64,000 nucleotides of DNA from Nitrososphaeria archaeon (GCA_041862235.1 JBGVSY010000015.1:11866-75865); one strand, 5' to 3'. Shown: positions 45,543-55,027, numbered from the stretch's first letter. Notes: generated by a model not told the origin, from the sequence alone. Made by a program: numbers and translations.

Positions 45543-46523
45543 CTACAAGTTGAGTTTTATCGGCTTTTCAAGCTTACTGAGAAGAGCAACGCGGCTCTCC
45601 ATCTGCTGGTCGATCAGATTGTAACTTGTCAATCGACTCAGCTCCGCCGCAAACGACATGATCTCCCTGTGGCTAGGCATGCCTTTGAAGCCCAGCCTTC
45701 GAGTTGAGTATCCTACGTGCATGTAGGCCTTGGCCTCAACGTACGTCACTTCAGAGGACAGGATTAGCTTGGAATATTCTTCAGGGATCATCATGTTCAG
45801 GCCTTTGACAAGGGTTAGGCGAATGACAGTAGGGCAGGAAAAACTGCTGAGGATCTCCAACGTTGTCTTTAGGCTCTTCCATCCGTCTTGGACCAATGGG
45901 CTACAGACTCTTCGGTAAATCTCCTCAGAGGGGGCGGCTACAGTCACGTAGAGCTGAGTTGGCTCATCCTCGAGACTAGCCAAGGCATCAGGTTTCGTGC
46001 CGTTCGTAACCAAGAAAGAGGTCACCCCCCTCTGACGAAAGCAATCTATCAGGGAGCCCAAGTGTGGATAGAGCGTCGGCTCGCCGGCTAGGCTTATGGC
46101 CACATGTCGAGGGTCACAGGCTTCCTCGTAGCGTCGGCGTGGAACCATCGGGTTGCCCTTATACCCTGAAACCAGTCGCCTCTGCTCCTCTATTGCGGCC
46201 ACGGCAATCCGCTCGGGGTCATCGGGAGTTCTAGGCTGAAGTTCGTTCCAATCGACCCCGACATCACTTGGCTGCATTCGCCAACAGAAGACGCATCGCT
46301 GGGTGCAATGGAAGGGCGAAGGTGAGAGCTGCACGCAGCGATGGGAACTTACGCCGTAGAACTTCTGTTTGTAGCAAACCTTGCCGTTTACCAAGCTTTC
46401 ATGCAGCCATCGACAGGCCTTGACCGCAGCTAGATTCCCGATGAAGTGATAGCGTTGCTTGGCTAGTCTCCTCTTCAGCTTGGCTATTGTCTCGCATTCA
46501 TCCATTGCGACCCGCAAGTTCAA
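45543..46523 (-). CDS. taw1: tRNA 4-demethylwyosine synthase (Taw1/TYW1, radical SAM)
   Basis: The radical SAM motif is CTQRCVFCWR, with upstream Cys residues and downstream LAGEPTLYP. Confidence 0.8.
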   Translation of the reverse strand: MNLRVAMDECETIAKLKRRLAKQRYHFIGNLAAVKACRWLHESLVNGKVCYKQKFYGVSSHRCVQLSPSPFHCTQRCVFCWRMQPSDVGVDWNELQPRTPDDPERIAVAAIEEQRRLVSGYKGNPMVPRRRYEEACDPRHVAISLAGEPTLYPHLGSLIDCFRQRGVTSFLVTNGTKPDALASLEDEPTQLYVTVAAPSEEIYRRVCSPLVQDGWKSLKTTLEILSSFSCPTVIRLTLVKGLNMMIPEEYSKLILSSEVTYVEAKAYMHVGYSTRRLGFKGMPSHREIMSFAAELSRLTSYNLIDQQMESRVALLSKLEKPIKLNL

Positions 46524-47134
46524 GCCTGGACGCCAACTGTCTCGTCTCGCTCCAAGCCTTGTGAAGTGAAAAGCATCAGGTCGATGCCGTTGCCGCTCGC
46601 TGTATCTCTGCTTATAGACGTCCTCACTGTTTTCACCGCGAGATCGTAGAGTTGATCCTTGCTTAGATCCGGCTCGTAGTTTGCCTCCAAAACGCCTATG
46701 GCGACCTCTGCGCCGGTCCCAACCGCTGCATAGTCGTCCTCAATTAGGGAGCCTATGGGATCCAGCACAAAGACGTGTGATCCACGGTCATCGACGCCTC
46801 CAACAATCGTTTCAGCCAGGTAAGGATAGTATCTCCGTCCAAAGAGGTGGTTCGAGAGGATCTTCCCAACTGTTTGAACTGGGGGTTCTCTCTTCATTTC
46901 AAGCTTGTAGAGGTTGACGGCTGCGATGGCATCGCGAACAAGCACTTGCATGTCCGCAACCATGCCGGCGCAGGCCGCCCCGGTGCGATCGGTGACTTTG
47001 AATAGCTTCCTAACGTTCTTGCTGACAACGAAGTAACCATAGGAGAGTCTCTTCTCGGAGGCGATGATTGCCCCAGTAGGTGAACGTACGCCTATCGTCG
47101 TGGCTCCTGGAAACGGAAATGGAAGAGCGGACAT
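46520..47134 (-). CDS. psmB: Proteasome subunit beta
   Basis: A short propeptide is followed by GATTIGVRSPTGAIIASEKR, placing the Thr nucleophile at the predicted cleavage site. Confidence 0.85.
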   Translation of the reverse strand: MSALPFPFPGATTIGVRSPTGAIIASEKRLSYGYFVVSKNVRKLFKVTDRTGAACAGMVADMQVLVRDAIAAVNLYKLEMKREPPVQTVGKILSNHLFGRRYYPYLAETIVGGVDDRGSHVFVLDPIGSLIEDDYAAVGTGAEVAIGVLEANYEPDLSKDQLYDLAVKTVRTSISRDTASGNGIDLMLFTSQGLERDETVGVQA

Positions 47135-47185
47135 GACTCAGATCCCTTCGATGTGTACGCCATAGCAAAATACCTCCGTAGATAA

Positions 47186-48229
47186 GTGTTTGCGGGGTGT
47201 TTGGGGACGCAGCCCTTCGAGCGGCTTCCTCACGTGCCGCGGGCTGAGGAGCTACTGGAGCAGGCTTTCAGAAAAGCCAGGCAGAAAGCTACTTCGATCC
47301 ATGTCTCAGCGAAGTGGCAAAGGCCCCGGTTGGCGGAAGAGGCGAGGGTGAAAGCAGCCCGAGGGTCGATTTCCCGGAGACTTCGCGCCCTGCTGAGAGA
47401 AACGCCGAGAATCGAGCGAGTTCATCCCTTTTACTTGGAGGTTCTGGAAACGGTAGTCGGTCTCGACCGGTTCAAGAAGGACATGGGAGCGGTCAAGTGG
47501 GCCTTGGGGAGAACGGAATCTCTGCAACGCAGCCACCTCCGAAAGATGCGGAGCATCCGTCGAGGCTACGCGTCGGTTAGGAGGAGCTACTTCGGAAGGC
47601 TGGCCTCAGTTCTGAAACAGATAGATCCACAATTGGATGAACTTGCTAGAGCCCGAGCTGTTCTTAGAAAGTTGCCGGATATCGATTTTAGCAAGGCATG
47701 TCTGCTGGTCTGCGGGCCGTCGAACACAGGCAAGTCAAGCCTGGTGAAGAGGATATCTTCAGGAAAGCCCAAGATCGCCGCGTATCCGTTCACGACAAAA
47801 CATGTCAATGTTGGCCACAGAGATCTAGGAGGCAGGGTTATTCAGATAGTCGACACGCCAGGGCTTCTGGACAGGCCTCTCTCCAAGAGAAACCCGATAG
47901 AAATCAGGGCGATAGCCGCGCTTCGACACCTAGGGGACCTGACAGTTTTTCTCTTCGATCCAAGCGAAACCTGCGGCATTCCTATCGAGATGCAAATGTC
48001 CATCTACCGCAGCGTGGGCGAGTTACTAGGGAAAGACACCAGATTGCTGACAGCTGCCAACAAGATCGACTTGTCTCCGAAGGAGAACCTGAAGAACCTT
48101 GACAGAGCGCTGAAACGGCGGGCAATCAGAATCAGCTGCCTCACAGGGGAGGGAATAGATGAACTTCTTCACGCTATATCAGAGGAACTCGAGGCTGTGC
48201 AGACAGCGGGTGAGGGGATCCTCCATTGA
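47186..48229 (+). CDS. NOG1-family GTPase
   Basis: G motifs are GPSNTGKSS, YPFTT, DTPG and ANKID, after a NOG1-type N-terminal helical domain. The start is GTG. Confidence 0.75.
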   Translation: MFAGCLGTQPFERLPHVPRAEELLEQAFRKARQKATSIHVSAKWQRPRLAEEARVKAARGSISRRLRALLRETPRIERVHPFYLEVLETVVGLDRFKKDMGAVKWALGRTESLQRSHLRKMRSIRRGYASVRRSYFGRLASVLKQIDPQLDELARARAVLRKLPDIDFSKACLLVCGPSNTGKSSLVKRISSGKPKIAAYPFTTKHVNVGHRDLGGRVIQIVDTPGLLDRPLSKRNPIEIRAIAALRHLGDLTVFLFDPSETCGIPIEMQMSIYRSVGELLGKDTRLLTAANKIDLSPKENLKNLDRALKRRAIRISCLTGEGIDELLHAISEELEAVQTAGEGILH

Positions 48230-49335
48230 GATCGTTCATCTCGATAGATGGCAGCCACGGGAGCGGAGGTGGTCAGATCCTCAGGGTTGCATTGGCTCTC
48301 TCAGCTCTAACTCTCAAGCCGGTGGAGGTCTTCAACGTTAGGGCGAAGCGGACCAAGCCTGGGCTCAGGCCCCAGCACCTTGCGGCAGCGGAATCCGTTG
48401 CGAAGCTAGCTTCCTGTAGAGCTACAGGCCTTCACGTGGGCTCGAGAAGGGTCAGCTTCGAACCGACACACATATCAAGTGGATCAATGCGGTTCGACAT
48501 AGGAACCGCGGGCTCCACAACTTTAGTGCTCCAGGCGCTCATGCCTCCCATGTGTTTCGCGTCTGGCCCTGTCGAAGTCGATTTGATCGGGGGAACTAAC
48601 AACCCGCTGGCTCCCCCCATTGAGTTTCTTCAGCAGGTCTTACAACCAGCTCTGGTCAGGATGGGGTGCAGGATAGAGGTTGACCTCGCTAGAAGGGGCT
48701 TCTATCCAGTAGGCAAAGGGGAGCTGAGAGCCCGCTGTTATCCCATAACCAGACTCAAACCTATCGAGATTACGGAGTTTGGAAGATTGGAAGAGATTAC
48801 GGGTGTGGTGTACAGTTCCAGACTTCCAAGTCATATCCCAAGAAGAATAGCGGCGAGTGCGAAAGAGCATCTGGCGAAATCCGGTTTCCCTGACGCCGCT
48901 CTCGAGATTGAGGAGATGCAGCCGGGTGATGCCGAGTGTTCAGAAAGCCCGGGCTGCGGGATCAGTCTGGTCGCTCACCTCACCTCAGGCAGCGTCCTCT
49001 CAGGGGACAGTCTGGGGCGCCCCGGCAAGACCTCTGAAATTGTGGGTCGAGAAGCTGCGCAAAGACTCTTGGAACAACTGAGAGTTCAGAAACCTGTGGA
49101 CAGGCATCTCGGAGATCAACTAGTCGTCTACATGGCAGCAGCAGACGGCACCTCTCGAATAGATGTGACCCAGCTTACAACGCATGCACTAACCTCCATC
49201 TATGTGGCCCAGGAAATAGCCGGAGTAAGGTTCTCCGTCGAGGGTGAGGAGGGAACACCAGGACGCATCACCTGTGAAGGCGCTGGGCTCAAGAACACGA
49301 GCCTCCAGACACACCTTCGTGGACCCGAGGGATGA
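48226..49335 (+). CDS. rtcA: RNA 3'-terminal phosphate cyclase
   Basis: IDGSHGSGGGQILRVALALSAL and RPGLRPQHL. The TTG start overlaps the NOG1 stop. Confidence 0.8.
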   Translation: MRSFISIDGSHGSGGGQILRVALALSALTLKPVEVFNVRAKRTKPGLRPQHLAAAESVAKLASCRATGLHVGSRRVSFEPTHISSGSMRFDIGTAGSTTLVLQALMPPMCFASGPVEVDLIGGTNNPLAPPIEFLQQVLQPALVRMGCRIEVDLARRGFYPVGKGELRARCYPITRLKPIEITEFGRLEEITGVVYSSRLPSHIPRRIAASAKEHLAKSGFPDAALEIEEMQPGDAECSESPGCGISLVAHLTSGSVLSGDSLGRPGKTSEIVGREAAQRLLEQLRVQKPVDRHLGDQLVVYMAAADGTSRIDVTQLTTHALTSIYVAQEIAGVRFSVEGEEGTPGRITCEGAGLKNTSLQTHLRGPEG

Positions 49336-49424
49336 GAAACCCAAAAGAGAAATACTTCAAGGCGGCAGACTATTTAGTAACTGCAAGGAGGAACTCAACT
49401 GTCTTTGGAGGTAAACGAAACTTC

Positions 49425-49958
49425 ATGATTCGAGGACTGTTTCTGGGCAAGTTTCAGCCTTTCCATATCGGACATCTCGAAGTCGCTAGAGTCATTCTTC
49501 GGGAGGTTGACGAGATCGTTCTAGCGATTGGGAGCGCTCAATTCAGCTACACCCCTGAGAACCCCTTTACCGCCGGCGAGAGAATAGAGATCGTCAGACG
49601 CAGCCTCTTGGACAGAGATGTTGACCTAAGGCGGTGTTTGATCATGCCGGTCCCCGATGTGGGCACTCACTCTATCTGGGTCTCGTACGTGAAGACTTTC
49701 TGCCCTAAGTTCGATGTTGTCTACTCTAATAACAACTTGGTAAGAACACTGTTCATAGACGCTGGCTACGAGGTTAGGCCCTCACCCCTCTTCAACAGAG
49801 AGAAGTACTCGTCAGCCGAGATTCGGAGGCGGATGAGAGAGAAGAAGGATTGGAGAAGCCTTGTTTCCCAAAGTGCTGCCGCCTACTTGGAGGGGATAGA
49901 CTCGGAGATTAGGTTGTCGGACATAGGAGCTCCCACGCAGGAAGAACACACTCCATAG
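49425..49958 (+). CDS. nadM: Nicotinamide-nucleotide adenylyltransferase (archaeal NadM type)
   Basis: RGLFLGKFQPFHIGHL and ...SAEIRRRM. ATG 49425 has GGAGGT 13 nt upstream. The track ORF starts at 49332. Confidence 0.8.
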   Translation: MIRGLFLGKFQPFHIGHLEVARVILREVDEIVLAIGSAQFSYTPENPFTAGERIEIVRRSLLDRDVDLRRCLIMPVPDVGTHSIWVSYVKTFCPKFDVVYSNNNLVRTLFIDAGYEVRPSPLFNREKYSSAEIRRRMREKKDWRSLVSQSAAAYLEGIDSEIRLSDIGAPTQEEHTP

Positions 49959-50086
49959 GCGTACGATCGATCCGCCAACTGTAAGTAGAGACTGGAGGGT
50001 TCGCTCCGATCATTACTCGATCAATCGAGATCATCGCGCGGGCGAATCTACGCTCGGCTGCTCACCCTTCTAGGTTAATCGATACT

Positions 50087-50917
50087 CTAATCTATGATTC
50101 TGACCTTCAGTCGTCTCCCGATCCTTGTCCTCAGACTCTTCGCTGCGTCTCCCTGATTTGCTGCTATCTCGAGGAGGCCATGGCTTCCGATGAGGGCAAG
50201 CATCTTCCTCTTTTCGACGTCGGAATACGTTCTGCAGAGCTGCATTCTGAAGGCTCGTAAGGCTGACTTGACGCGAATCATGGAGCCTGACTTCATGCCT
50301 GTCTTCGACAGAAAAATGGGGTCGATGTTGGTTATGATGTTGCCGAAGCCATCGATGTGAAGAACCTCGCAGACAATCTCGTCGTCTCTTATCTGAGGCT
50401 CCGGAGAGCGGAGCTCGACGATTCTGTGGAGGAAGTGGCCGAACTCATCTAGAGGAACGCCTCTAGCCAAATGAGCTGCTGCTGGAGCGAAGACATCGCG
50501 TCCATGGAAGGTCTTAGAGCGCTGCGGAAGCATGTACTTCTCGTCCTCTATTTCGACGACACGCTTCACCTCCTCAAGGCGGGCGGCGGGAGATAGGACC
50601 CCGTTATCAGGGCCCACGAGGAAGCTTCGTCTGGTCTCGACAATCACGGCTTTGCGCGGTGAACCAACACCAGGATCCACAACGACGACGTGGATGGTTC
50701 CACGGGGGAAGTGTGGAGTAGAGCTTCTGAGGAGAAAAGCCGCATATCTAACGTTGAACTTGGGAACATCGTGTGTGAGGTCGACTATTCTCACAGTGGG
50801 GCTGATCCCGAGGACAACTCCTTTCATGGCGCCCACGTAGGTGTCTCTCGTTCCGAAATCCGTCAGCAAAGTGATGATATTGCTGAGCTTGCTAGCGCTC
50901 CTTGTTCTTGGGGGCAT
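50087..50917 (-). CDS. SAM hydroxide adenosyltransferase (DUF62; chlorinase/fluorinase-related SAM hydrolase)
   Basis: ITLLTDFGTRDTYVGAMKGV, VVVDPGVGS and FHGRDVFAP. Confidence 0.75.
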   Translation of the reverse strand: MPPRTRSASKLSNIITLLTDFGTRDTYVGAMKGVVLGISPTVRIVDLTHDVPKFNVRYAAFLLRSSTPHFPRGTIHVVVVDPGVGSPRKAVIVETRRSFLVGPDNGVLSPAARLEEVKRVVEIEDEKYMLPQRSKTFHGRDVFAPAAAHLARGVPLDEFGHFLHRIVELRSPEPQIRDDEIVCEVLHIDGFGNIITNIDPIFLSKTGMKSGSMIRVKSALRAFRMQLCRTYSDVEKRKMLALIGSHGLLEIAANQGDAAKSLRTRIGRRLKVRIID

Positions 50918-51061
50918 CGCCGAACGCTCGGGTCTACTGCCATTTGAAATTTCTTAAGGATTTGTTTCCTGCGTCGGGTGAAAGTTCGATTGATCGCTGT
51001 CCGTCACCAGCTGGGTATGGTCATCGACACGCTCAAACCGATAGAGCCAAAACTGCATAGC

Positions 51062-51068
51062 ATAAATA
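51062..51068 (+). promoter_or_regulatory. Candidate TATA box of the ribosomal stalk operon
   Basis: GCATAAATAC lies about 50 nt upstream of the rpl11 ATG. Confidence 0.35.
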
Positions 51069-51117
51069 CTGCCGGAAAACCATCTCAGCACACACCTATA
51101 GAAGAGCGGCACCGAAG

Positions 51118-51603
51118 ATGTCACAAAGAACGGTTAAGGCGCTAGTGGCAGGCGGAAAAGCAACAGGGGGGCCACCGCTAGGTCCTGGTCTCGCGCCCCT
51201 AGGCGTAAATGTCCTCGCGGTTGTTGAGAAGATAAACGAAGAGACCAAGGACTTCCTCGGAATGCGGGTGCCTGTCACCGTTACGGTCGATACTGAGACG
51301 AAGGATTTTTGGGTCGAGGTGGGGACGCCGACAGTTTCAGCTTTGGTTGCCAAGGAGATTTCCAAGGAAAAGGGCTCTGCCGCCGCCGGCAAGGATTTTG
51401 TCGGCAACCTTTCCATGGAGCAGGTTGTCAAGATAGCTAAGGCGAAGCGGGGCCAGCTGCTTGCCAAGACGTTGAGGGGCGCGGTGGGAGAGGTTGTAGG
51501 GGCGTGTGTAAGCATGGGTGTCACGGTTGAGAGCGAGGACCCCAAGCAGGTTGCCCGTGCTATCAAGCAGGGTAATTATGACAATGTGCTGGGAGAGGGG
51601 TAG
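51118..51603 (+). CDS. rpl11: Ribosomal protein uL11
   Basis: VKALVAGGKATGGPPLGPGLAPLGVNV, followed by the canonical gene order L11-L1-P0-P1. Confidence 0.9.
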   Translation: MSQRTVKALVAGGKATGGPPLGPGLAPLGVNVLAVVEKINEETKDFLGMRVPVTVTVDTETKDFWVEVGTPTVSALVAKEISKEKGSAAAGKDFVGNLSMEQVVKIAKAKRGQLLAKTLRGAVGEVVGACVSMGVTVESEDPKQVARAIKQGNYDNVLGEG

Positions 51604-51605
51604 CC

Positions 51606-52274
51606 GTGTCGATTCGTACAGAGGCTTTTGTGAAGGCAGTTAGCGGCGCCAGAGCAGGAATGAAGAAGACGAACTTTAAGCAATCCTTTGAACTCATTCT
51701 CAATGTGAAGGGAGTGGACGTTGACAAGCCAGGGAAGCGCTTTACTGAGCAGGTCGAGCTTCCAAATGGCTTAGGCGAGAAGAGCAGGAAGATCTGCGTG
51801 ATTGCAACTAGGAACATCGCGCTCGAGGCTCGCAGGACCAAGGAGGTCGACCGGGTTCTCGAGAGGGATGAGGTCGAGTCCTTGGTTGGCAACAAGAAGG
51901 AGGCTAAGCGCCTCGCCTCGAGATACGATCACTTCCTGGTGGAGGCCCAGATAATGGGCTCAGCCGCCAGGGCGCTCGGGGCAGCTCTTGGGTCGAGAGG
52001 AAAGAGGCCTGTGCCGATCACGCCGGGACAGGATATTGGAGACCTCGTTAGAAAGTACCTCAAGACTGTGACCGTGCAGCTCAGGAAGACAACTCAGCTG
52101 AGCTGCATAGTCGGCACAGAGAACATGAAAGACGAGGATGTGGCTGGAAACGCAGAAGCAGCTACGAGAAGAGTTGCGGCGAAGCTGGAGAAGAGGTTCA
52201 AGAACATTGGTTCAATCTACATAAAGACAACCATGGGTTCACCTGTCAAGGTCGCTATTGTTGGGGGAAAGTAA
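51606..52274 (+). CDS. rpl1: Ribosomal protein uL1
   Basis: 222 aa with a GTG start. It reads FKQSFELILNVKGVD...RFTEQVELPNG... Confidence 0.9.
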   Translation: MSIRTEAFVKAVSGARAGMKKTNFKQSFELILNVKGVDVDKPGKRFTEQVELPNGLGEKSRKICVIATRNIALEARRTKEVDRVLERDEVESLVGNKKEAKRLASRYDHFLVEAQIMGSAARALGAALGSRGKRPVPITPGQDIGDLVRKYLKTVTVQLRKTTQLSCIVGTENMKDEDVAGNAEAATRRVAAKLEKRFKNIGSIYIKTTMGSPVKVAIVGGK

Positions 52275-53128
52275 TGCAGAGGCAGGTAAGGAGAACCGAG
52301 AAAACGCGCGGAGTTGATAGACTCACCGGAGTAATCTCGAGCCATCATACGATTCTCTCCTTCCGGCTACGAAAGGTGAGGTCGAGCGTTCTTCATCAAG
52401 TGAGGAGGATACTCAGGGGGCAGGCAGAGATAACCGTCTGCAAGAAGACGTTGTTCTCGAGAGCAGCTGAGAAAGCGAACAAACTACACTTGAAGAGGCT
52501 TGTTGAGGATGAGAAGGAGCCACTTGGCTTCATCTTTACAGACCAAAACCCATTCAAAGTAAACATAATGCTGGAAAAGAGCAAGATACTCATGCACGCG
52601 AAAGCCGGTGACAAAGCAGACATAGAAGTGGTTATCCCTGAGTCCAATACAGGCTTGACTCCAGGGCCTGTTCTGAGTGACTTCGGGAAACTGAAGATAC
52701 CGACCAAGATCGAAGGAGGCAATATCTGGATAGCAAGGGACACACTCGTAGCGGAGAAAGGAGAGACCATTTCCCCTGCCCTCGCAAGCCTTCTCGCCAA
52801 AATGGACATAGGAACCGTCAGAAGAGGGCTGGAGACCTTAGCCGCCTTCGACGGCGACACCTTCATCCCGGGCTCCGATCTGAGAATAGACATAGAGGCG
52901 TATCGAAGAGACCTGGTCCAAGCTGTGTCCGAAGCGCTCAACCTCAGCCTAAACTCAGCCTACCCCACACGTGAGAACATGGCTGTGCTCATCTCAACGG
53001 CTGAGAGGCAGGCCCTAACGCTAGGAGTTACCGCAAGCTATCCATCACCTGAGACCGTCTTGGAGATCCTTCGACGTGCGCATATCGGGGCACAAGCTCT
53101 GAGCCGAGCGGTGAGATCCGGAGTCTAA
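52274..53128 (+). CDS. rplP0: Ribosomal stalk protein uL10 (P0), without the usual C-terminal acidic tail
   Basis: 284 aa. The N-terminal L10 domain (..ITVCKKTLFSRAAEK..), the insertion domain and the helical spine are present. The protein ends ...AQALSRAVRSGV* with no EE-rich/GLxxLFG tail. Confidence 0.85.
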   Translation: MQRQVRRTEKTRGVDRLTGVISSHHTILSFRLRKVRSSVLHQVRRILRGQAEITVCKKTLFSRAAEKANKLHLKRLVEDEKEPLGFIFTDQNPFKVNIMLEKSKILMHAKAGDKADIEVVIPESNTGLTPGPVLSDFGKLKIPTKIEGGNIWIARDTLVAEKGETISPALASLLAKMDIGTVRRGLETLAAFDGDTFIPGSDLRIDIEAYRRDLVQAVSEALNLSLNSAYPTRENMAVLISTAERQALTLGVTASYPSPETVLEILRRAHIGAQALSRAVRSGV

Positions 53129-53229
53129 CTCCTAACCCCACGGGTCGATAGAGAGATCAGTCGATCGACCCAAGCAAAAAGTTAAGAACAGGGAAAGAGG
53201 CGAATACCTACAATCAAGGGGACAAACAA

Positions 53230-53541
53230 ATGGAATACGTCTATGCAGCCCTACTCCTCCACAAAGCCGGGAAAGAAGTCAACGAAGAAACCATCAAGAA
53301 AGTCATAGAGGCCTCTGGCATCGAATATGCCGAAGCAAAAGGAAAAGCACTTGTCGCCGCGCTTTCTGAAGTCAACATAGATGAAGCTCTAAAAACAGCC
53401 CTAACAGCGGCGCCAACAGTAGCGGCTCCTGCGACCACGGCAGCGACGGCGGCTGAAACGAAGAAACCGAAGAAGGAAGAAGAGAAGGAGGAAAAGAAGG
53501 AAGAAGAGGCGTTAGCTGGGCTTTCAGCGTTGTTTGGGTAG
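53230..53541 (+). CDS. rpl12: Ribosomal stalk protein P1 (aL12)
   Basis: [11 protein letters not shown]..., an Ala/Pro hinge, and the tail [23 protein letters not shown]. Confidence 0.9.
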   Translation: MEYVYAALLLHKAGKEVNEETIKKVIEASGIEYAEAKGKALVAALSEVNIDEALKTALTAAPTVAAPATTAATAAETKKPKKEEEKEEKKEEEALAGLSALFG

Positions 53542-53737
53542 GGCAGAATTTCTTGCATTGCAACGAATTCATTTACAACAGCTGCCGAGACGGACATGCG
53601 TGTGCTTGATCGGCTTAGCATTTGGTGAGAGATGAATAATCGTAGTGCCAATGTTATTCTCCGCGAGGCTCTGGGACCTACCCCTTCGTCAGATGCAACC
53701 CGTCGCTACGCTAAAGAAGCTGACTACGTCCTTGAAG

Positions 53738-54781
53738 CTACTCGATAATCTCCCACCTTGACTGGTATAGATCGAGCTGTTTGATGGTGTAGTCGTCCAT
53801 CGGATGGCTGCGTTCTGGGATTTCCACGTGCTTCTCCTCGCCGCATAGTTCCGTGGAGAAGTAGCGTTGACCTGTGTCGTTGATCATCGTCACAATCATA
53901 TGCAAGTCCGGATGCTTTCTGGCCAGCTTGACGCAGGCAGCCACATTGCATCCAGATGAAATGCCGCAGAAGACGCCCTCCTCCACTGCAAGTCGGCGGC
54001 TCATTTCAATGGATTCTTCCGAGGTTGTGGTGATAACCCCAGTCAACTGGCCAAGATCGAGATTGCGGGGTACAAATCCATCACCGATGCCCTCAACCTT
54101 GTGTGATCCCCACCTGCGTTTTGACAACAGTGGAGCTTCTGTGGGCTCTACTGCGTACAACCTGATATCTGGGTTTTTCTCTCGCAAGTAGCGACCAACG
54201 CCGGTAATTGTGCCGCCTGTACCCTGCGAAGCGACGAACGCGTCGACCTCACCATTTGTCTGCTCCCAAATCTCAGGGCCTGTTGTTTTGTAGTGAGCTG
54301 CGATATTGTGTGGGTTGGTGTATTGGTCCGGCTCCCAGTACTTGCTCAGGTTCTGCCTCTTGATTTCTGCAGTCTTCTCGATGCAGAGATCCACGTCTGA
54401 TTCGGCGCCGGGCGTGGTTATGATCCTTGCCCCGTACGATCGTATCATTTTCATTCGCTCTTGGCTCATGCCGGCAGGCATGACGATCGTTACCTTGTAG
54501 CCCTTCAAATTCCCGATGAGTGAACATGCAATACCGGCGTTGCCGGTTGATGTTTCGATGATCTCCATTCCGGGTTTCAAGATGCCGTCCTCCATAGCTC
54601 TTGTCACCATCTCGTGGTAGATGCGGTCCTTGAGACTGCCTGATGGAGAGAACCATTCGAGCTTCCCCAAGATCATGGTTTTTACGCCTTCGGTGACATT
54701 CTGCAACTGGATCATAGGCGTTCTGCCGATGGCATCCAGAATGTTGTCGAAGTAACGCCGATTCTTATCCCATTCAACCAT
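53738..54781 (-). CDS. PLP-dependent cysteine synthase / O-phosphoserine sulfhydrylase-like enzyme
   Basis: The PLP lysine context is SPSGSLKDR, with TSTGNAGIA and SQGTGGTITG and a ~40-aa C-terminal extension. I prefer ATG 54781; the track starts at GTG 54823. Confidence 0.7.
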   Translation of the reverse strand: MVEWDKNRRYFDNILDAIGRTPMIQLQNVTEGVKTMILGKLEWFSPSGSLKDRIYHEMVTRAMEDGILKPGMEIIETSTGNAGIACSLIGNLKGYKVTIVMPAGMSQERMKMIRSYGARIITTPGAESDVDLCIEKTAEIKRQNLSKYWEPDQYTNPHNIAAHYKTTGPEIWEQTNGEVDAFVASQGTGGTITGVGRYLREKNPDIRLYAVEPTEAPLLSKRRWGSHKVEGIGDGFVPRNLDLGQLTGVITTTSEESIEMSRRLAVEEGVFCGISSGCNVAACVKLARKHPDLHMIVTMINDTGQRYFSTELCGEEKHVEIPERSHPMDDYTIKQLDLYQSRWEIIE

Positions 54782-54842
54782 CACAGTTGGCACCCTGATT
54801 GTTCCGCGGTTGCAGCAGCCCACATATTAGTCTGTCTTTAGG

Positions 54843-54854
54843 GCGATCGATCGC
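54843..54854. repeat. GCGATCGATCGC 12-nt perfect palindrome between the cysteine synthase-like gene and tRNA-Val
   Basis: Read directly. It contains the cyanobacterial HIP1 core GCGATCGC interrupted by a duplicated ATCG. Confidence 0.9.
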
Positions 54855-54924
54855 TATCGAATCGGTCGGCAAGATCATGGTGGAGGGATGGGCCGGAGGG
54901 GCTTTGAACCCCTGACCTCCGCCG

Positions 54925-54944
54925 TTTCCTCGTTGCTGTGGCGC
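54925..54944 (-). other. Putative canonical-position (37/38) tRNA intron
   Basis: GCGCCACAGCAACGAGGAAA is inserted right after CTCACA (U33-C34-A35-C36-A37). Intron GAGG could pair with exon CCTC, flanked by ACA and AAA, as a relaxed bulge-helix-bulge. This was not folded computationally. Confidence 0.55.
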
Positions 54945-54959
54945 TGTGAGGGCGGCGTC

Positions 54960-54979
54960 AATCTGTCACTTCTTAGTTG
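54960..54979 (-). other. Putative non-canonical tRNA intron in the D-arm
   Basis: CAACTAAGAAGTGACAGATT interrupts GGTCTAGCCTGGTAT|GAC. Removing it restores a normal D-arm. The exact boundaries are ambiguous by 1 nt. Confidence 0.5.
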
Positions 54980-55027
54980 ATACCAGGCTAGACCACCGGC
55001 CCTTTGTTATTTGGAGAGATCCTTTGG

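Larger units (their letters stand above)
54889..55002 (-). tRNA. tRNA-Val (anticodon CAC) interrupted by two ~20-nt insertions (putative introns)
   Basis: The minus strand reads GGGCCGG-TG-GTCTAGCCTGGTAT[20 nt]GAC-G-CCGCC-CTCACA[20 nt]C-GGCGG-AGGTC-AGGGG-TTCAAAG-CCCCT-CCGGCCC-A. The 7-bp acceptor, 5-bp anticodon stem and 5-bp T stem are all perfect once the two inserts are removed. The mature length is 74 nt without CCA. Confidence 0.75.

Noticed and set aside
53241-53651. 136-aa minus-strand ORF
   Set aside because: It is antisense to ribosomal protein P1. Its Ala/Ser-rich low complexity mirrors the P1 hinge and tail.
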